Positions 60,450 through 64,000 of a stretch of 64,000 bases of DNA are shown one piece after another. Each line of letters begins with the position of its first letter. Position 1 is the first letter of the stretch. The stretch lies in assembly GCF_018977255.1 (NCBI RefSeq), contig NW_024704742.1, positions 89,096,001-89,160,000 on the forward strand, in the 5' to 3' direction. The DNA comes from Callorhinchus milii. Its lineage: Eukaryota. The translations under genes were made by a program, and so were the position numbers. The notes beneath the pieces were generated by a model, which was given only the letters and a program-made list of their open reading frames with translations, made no database searches and was not told where the DNA came from.

Positions 60450-62760
60450 AGTGCTAGATGTGTCCTTACTCATTGTCATGTCAGAAAAAAAATTACTGTT
60501 GAACAGCAGCTAGACAGGAACTAATGGGAGTTAAAACACTGGTGTCTACACAGCATTAGCTTTCAGTGATGGCTCGCATCAAAGGCTGAAAAACGCAGCT
60601 TTAAGTGTTTCATGAATCACCTTGCTTTACGGCTTTGAAGAGCTTCACCTTGGTAATCTTTCTATTGTTTAAAGGTTAAAGACTGCGCTTTCTGATCTTC
60701 GAGAGGAGGACATAATTAGGGAAAATGTGGATTCATAACCACCCTGTGCAACATCTAAACTGCAGACAATGGTCTCTAATCCATTCAATTTGCAATTGTT
60801 CTCATAAATGTGAACTAAACCTGATTCCTCTCGAAGGGAAATTAAACCAAAATAATGAAACATTGGTTACGGAGACTTGAAATGGCTCACTGCTGCAGAG
60901 CTTGATTCCATGTGTCTGCATCACAGCAGCTCGACAGACAGTGATAAAAAGCCACAATATATAGGCAAAATGAGGCTGAATGCTAAATCGTTGCACATAC
61001 TGAAAAAAGTTTCTTAACTCGTTCCTCATGTTAGTACAATGAATAAGCATTAATAACTTCTGCTAATCTTACCCCATTAAGTGATAATTATCATTGGTGC
61101 ATTTTCACGCCTTTTAGGCAAATTAATAAATACAGTGAACTGATAACTCGCCACTCCAAGCGATAAGGACTCAGTACAAGTTATCTGGAGTGGCAAGTTA
61201 GGCAAATGCATAAATACATAAATAAATGTGGCTGGGATATTAACAATATGATAACTTGAGTGGTAGTGACAAGTTCAGCAAGGGTCAAGTTATTCGGAGT
61301 TTAATGTGTATACGATAACTACAAGTACACATTGATAACATTGATAAATTTACCGTCAAGCAAACCGTTCCACAGTGTATATGCATGGCTTCTTTAAACT
61401 CACAGTCTAGGCTGATATTCCAATGCAGTGTTGGGGTGAACATCACAAGGTGCTGACTTTTGAATGAGACATTAAACCGAGGTCTTGTCTGCTTGTTCAA
61501 GTGTATGTTAAAGATTATTCGAAGAAATGGGAGTCTTTCTAGGTGTCCTACCCAACAATCCCCCAAATAAAATTGTACACATACTTCACAGCTGTTTGTG
61601 GGCATTGCTGTGCACAAAATTTTTTACCCACAAATATACAATCATGAGAATTTACAGCAAAATTCAGTGAATGTGGTGTATCAAATGCAAGGGTTGTTAT
61701 TAGTTTATGTATGGAAAACAGCATGCATTTATGTAGGGTCCTTCACACGGGGTAGTGTCTCAGAACAGAGCACGCAAATACACATACAGAGGATTCATAA
61801 TCCAACTAAATCTGGATGAGGAGAGTATCAGACTCATAAGTTTAACTTCCTTTCAACATTCGGCTGCTAACCAGTCAGCTGCTTTTCTTATTTCAAAGAA
61901 TATTGTGCAGGTCACAAGAAAATAAGATTGATTTAGATGAAGAAGGCTCTTGGGCCCTTCTGATCTCATCCTTCCAGAATACCTACCATCTTCCCATGAC
62001 AGCATTGGGCTGTTTTTTTAAAAAAATGAGTTCAGTGTCCTGGCTTCAACTATCCTTCCTGGCAACATGTTCCAGTTATTAATTACCCTCTGAGTAAAGA
62101 AAAATGCACTGGTGTCTATCTTGAAGTTGCCTTTGCAACTCTAAAATTCTGTCCTCTTGAACTCTTATCTAAAGTATTTTTTGATGACTTGGGCTGAGTG
62201 TGCGCCAAGCTCAAATTGGTTCCTACTTCAAATCGATACAATTCAATATCTCCAGCGGATGCACAGGGAACATACAATATCACATCCATCTGAGACTTTT
62301 GTGCAATATCATGAGATATCAGCAAAATGCAAACAGAATCAGAACTCTTTTACACACATTTGATAGCATAGTTTTCAGTGGCAGGCAGGGTGGAGGCAGG
62401 AAATCAGGTTAGCTTGCTTGTGAAGTTGTTGGTTGCTAAGGCCTAGAGGAACATTGAGCTCAGTAGTTGGGAACATACATGGTAATGAGGCTTCAGTGAG
62501 GAAGACTCCCGCACTGGAGAACGGATGGCGAATAAAAGTCACTGAGAATCAGAGGAGTTAATGCATAGACCTCCACCTCCCCCACCAAAGAGAATCATTC
62601 GGACAGGCAGTGATGCAAAGTTGGGATAAACTGTACATTGGCAGCATGCCAATGTGAGAACTTGAAACTGGTGCAGTCTAAGTGTTTGACGGATAAACTG
62701 AATAGAAGCACAGTGTGAGACAGCTGAGGGCGAGATGCTGTAGAGCTGAGGGCTGGCAGA
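60450..62760 (+). pseudogene. Another hantavirid-like M segment remnant, Gn stem to Gc C-terminus (EVE)
   Basis: HCHVRKKI (cf. YCNGQKKV); QTMVS/ICNCSHKCE (cf. KTMGSMVCDICHHECE); KYTYR/RIHNP/ESIRL (61776; cf. KYTYRRKLTNP..QSIDL); SSWEHTW**GFS (62462; cf. SSIEGAWGSGVGFT); IRGVNA..KENHS..C....NCT (62548; cf. RGSNT..KGGHS..CC...DCT); VFDG. All colinear. Confidence 0.75.
61400..61705 (+). mobile_element. Deu-type SINE
   Basis: ggctgatattccaatgcagtgttgggg..atgagacattaaaccgaggtcttgtctgc..tail. Confidence 0.82.
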
Positions 62761-63010
62761 CAGATGTTGCAAATCTGCAGAACAGCAAGTAATCCAAAAG
62801 CAAGTTACTGTATAGTGAAGTATTAAACACAGAAAACAATCAAAGAAGAAAAGAAGCACAAATATATTCTGGCGTTTTTTCTAATTAGGAGGTTGCATTT
62901 AGTGAAGGAGCAAATTAAGGAATTGAGACACACTGGGGAAAACCATACAAAAAGCAGTGTGAAAGACAGCAAAATAACCATGGTAAATACTGCTGCAAGA
63001 CTTAGAGGCC
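62760..63010 (+). pseudogene. Tentative start of another N remnant
   Basis: EQQVI and VKEQIKELRH (cf. HEQQLV, IQAKIDELKR). Coiled-coil similarity only. Confidence 0.3.
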
Positions 63011-63011
63011 A

Positions 63012-63236
63012 GAAATTCCACTTAGTCTTAGCCTTTAAGATCATTTTACCTGAACATGTAGGATTGCGCAGAATTGTGCAAATTTTATAAAATCAGTCTT
63101 AACCTGAAAGCCAGTCAGTCACAATTCTTAAAAAGAATTGTCTTCCAAATTAAGATTGAATTGAAGAATTTTCCACTATTCAGCGTGATATTAAATTTAA
63201 GATGGTCCTAATGGAGCTAAAACTAGCTGGAATTTC
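63012..63236. mobile_element. MITE-like element with terminal inverted repeats
   Basis: Starts gaaattccacttagtcttagc and ends gctaaaactagctggaatttc. Related copies at ~27497-27700 and ~26005-26140. Confidence 0.7.
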
Positions 63237-63304
63237 ACAGGTTGTCTGAATTAATACTTAAGAGAGAACTATGAGGATAAGAGAGAGAAAGGCAGAAGTT
63301 AAAT

Positions 63305-63840
63305 GATAATCTTTATATCTCGTATAGTGCCTTTCATGGGGGAGGATGACTCAAAGGATATACTGTAAAGTGAAGTGACTGTGTATTTTGTAGGTGAAGG
63401 CAGCAGCTAATTTGCACACAACAATGTCCCACAAATAGCCATGAAGTGAGTGACTTTTATTTATACTTTTATTTATAATCATAAGAATCTTTGCATTTGA
63501 TAGTGAATTAACTGTATATTTTGTGGATGAAATTTGGGTGATTGTTGGCTAGCACCCTGGGAAAACTCCCTTCTCTTTTCAAGTAGTACCATTGGATCTT
63601 TAATGACCACCTGTACAGGCAGGGGGAGACCTCAGTTCCACGTCTTATCTGAAGGATGGATGGCAGCTTCAGCACCTAACAATACAGAGCACCCCAGCAG
63701 CATGATAATGAGCTGATTTGAAACTGCATTGGAGTGTAAGCCTAGCCCTGAACTATATGAGTTCAAAGTCCTAACATGGGGTTTGAATCCAAAACTTTAT
63801 GACTCAAAGAGACTGCTATAACTGAGTCAGGCTGACCAAC
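63305..63840 (-). mobile_element. Deu-type tRNA SINE (with a nested tail fragment)
   Basis: Reverse-complement tail, core (ggatctttaatgaccacctg) and head (gggtttgaatcc..gactca..actgagtcaggctga). Confidence 0.8.
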
Positions 63841-64000
63841 ACACAGTCAGAATCTGAGTAAGCCCAGGGAATTGAGTGGTCCAGCAGAAACAGGGAACAT
63901 TGTGGGATCAAAAGGTGGAAAGGTTTAAATTGGTAATTACTACATTGAACAGTTACAAATTATCACATTTTCAACCTAATATTTAAGTCAAGGAACCAAA

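Overview
Vertebrate genomic DNA, most likely a cartilaginous fish (inferred from its L2/CR1 LINEs, Deu-type tRNA SINEs and a shark-type palindromic repeat). I found no host protein-coding exon. Much of the window is retrotransposon sequence, including one near-full-length L2 at ~42150-45612. The main result is that most of the apparently unique DNA between the repeats translates, through stops and frameshifts, into colinear remnants of hantavirus-like (Hantaviridae, Bunyaviricetes) genes from all three genome segments. These are the L polymerase (at least 3-4 overlapping copies), the Gn/Gc glycoprotein precursor (at least 3 copies) and the nucleocapsid N (at least 2-3 copies). The remnants are old, interrupted by SINE/LINE insertions and partly inverted or permuted. 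The window therefore looks like a dense multi-copy cluster of endogenous hantavirid elements. All viral assignments come from my by-eye translation, compared with orthohantavirus protein sequences recalled from memory. No search was run, boundaries are approximate, and tBLASTn/HMM confirmation is needed.
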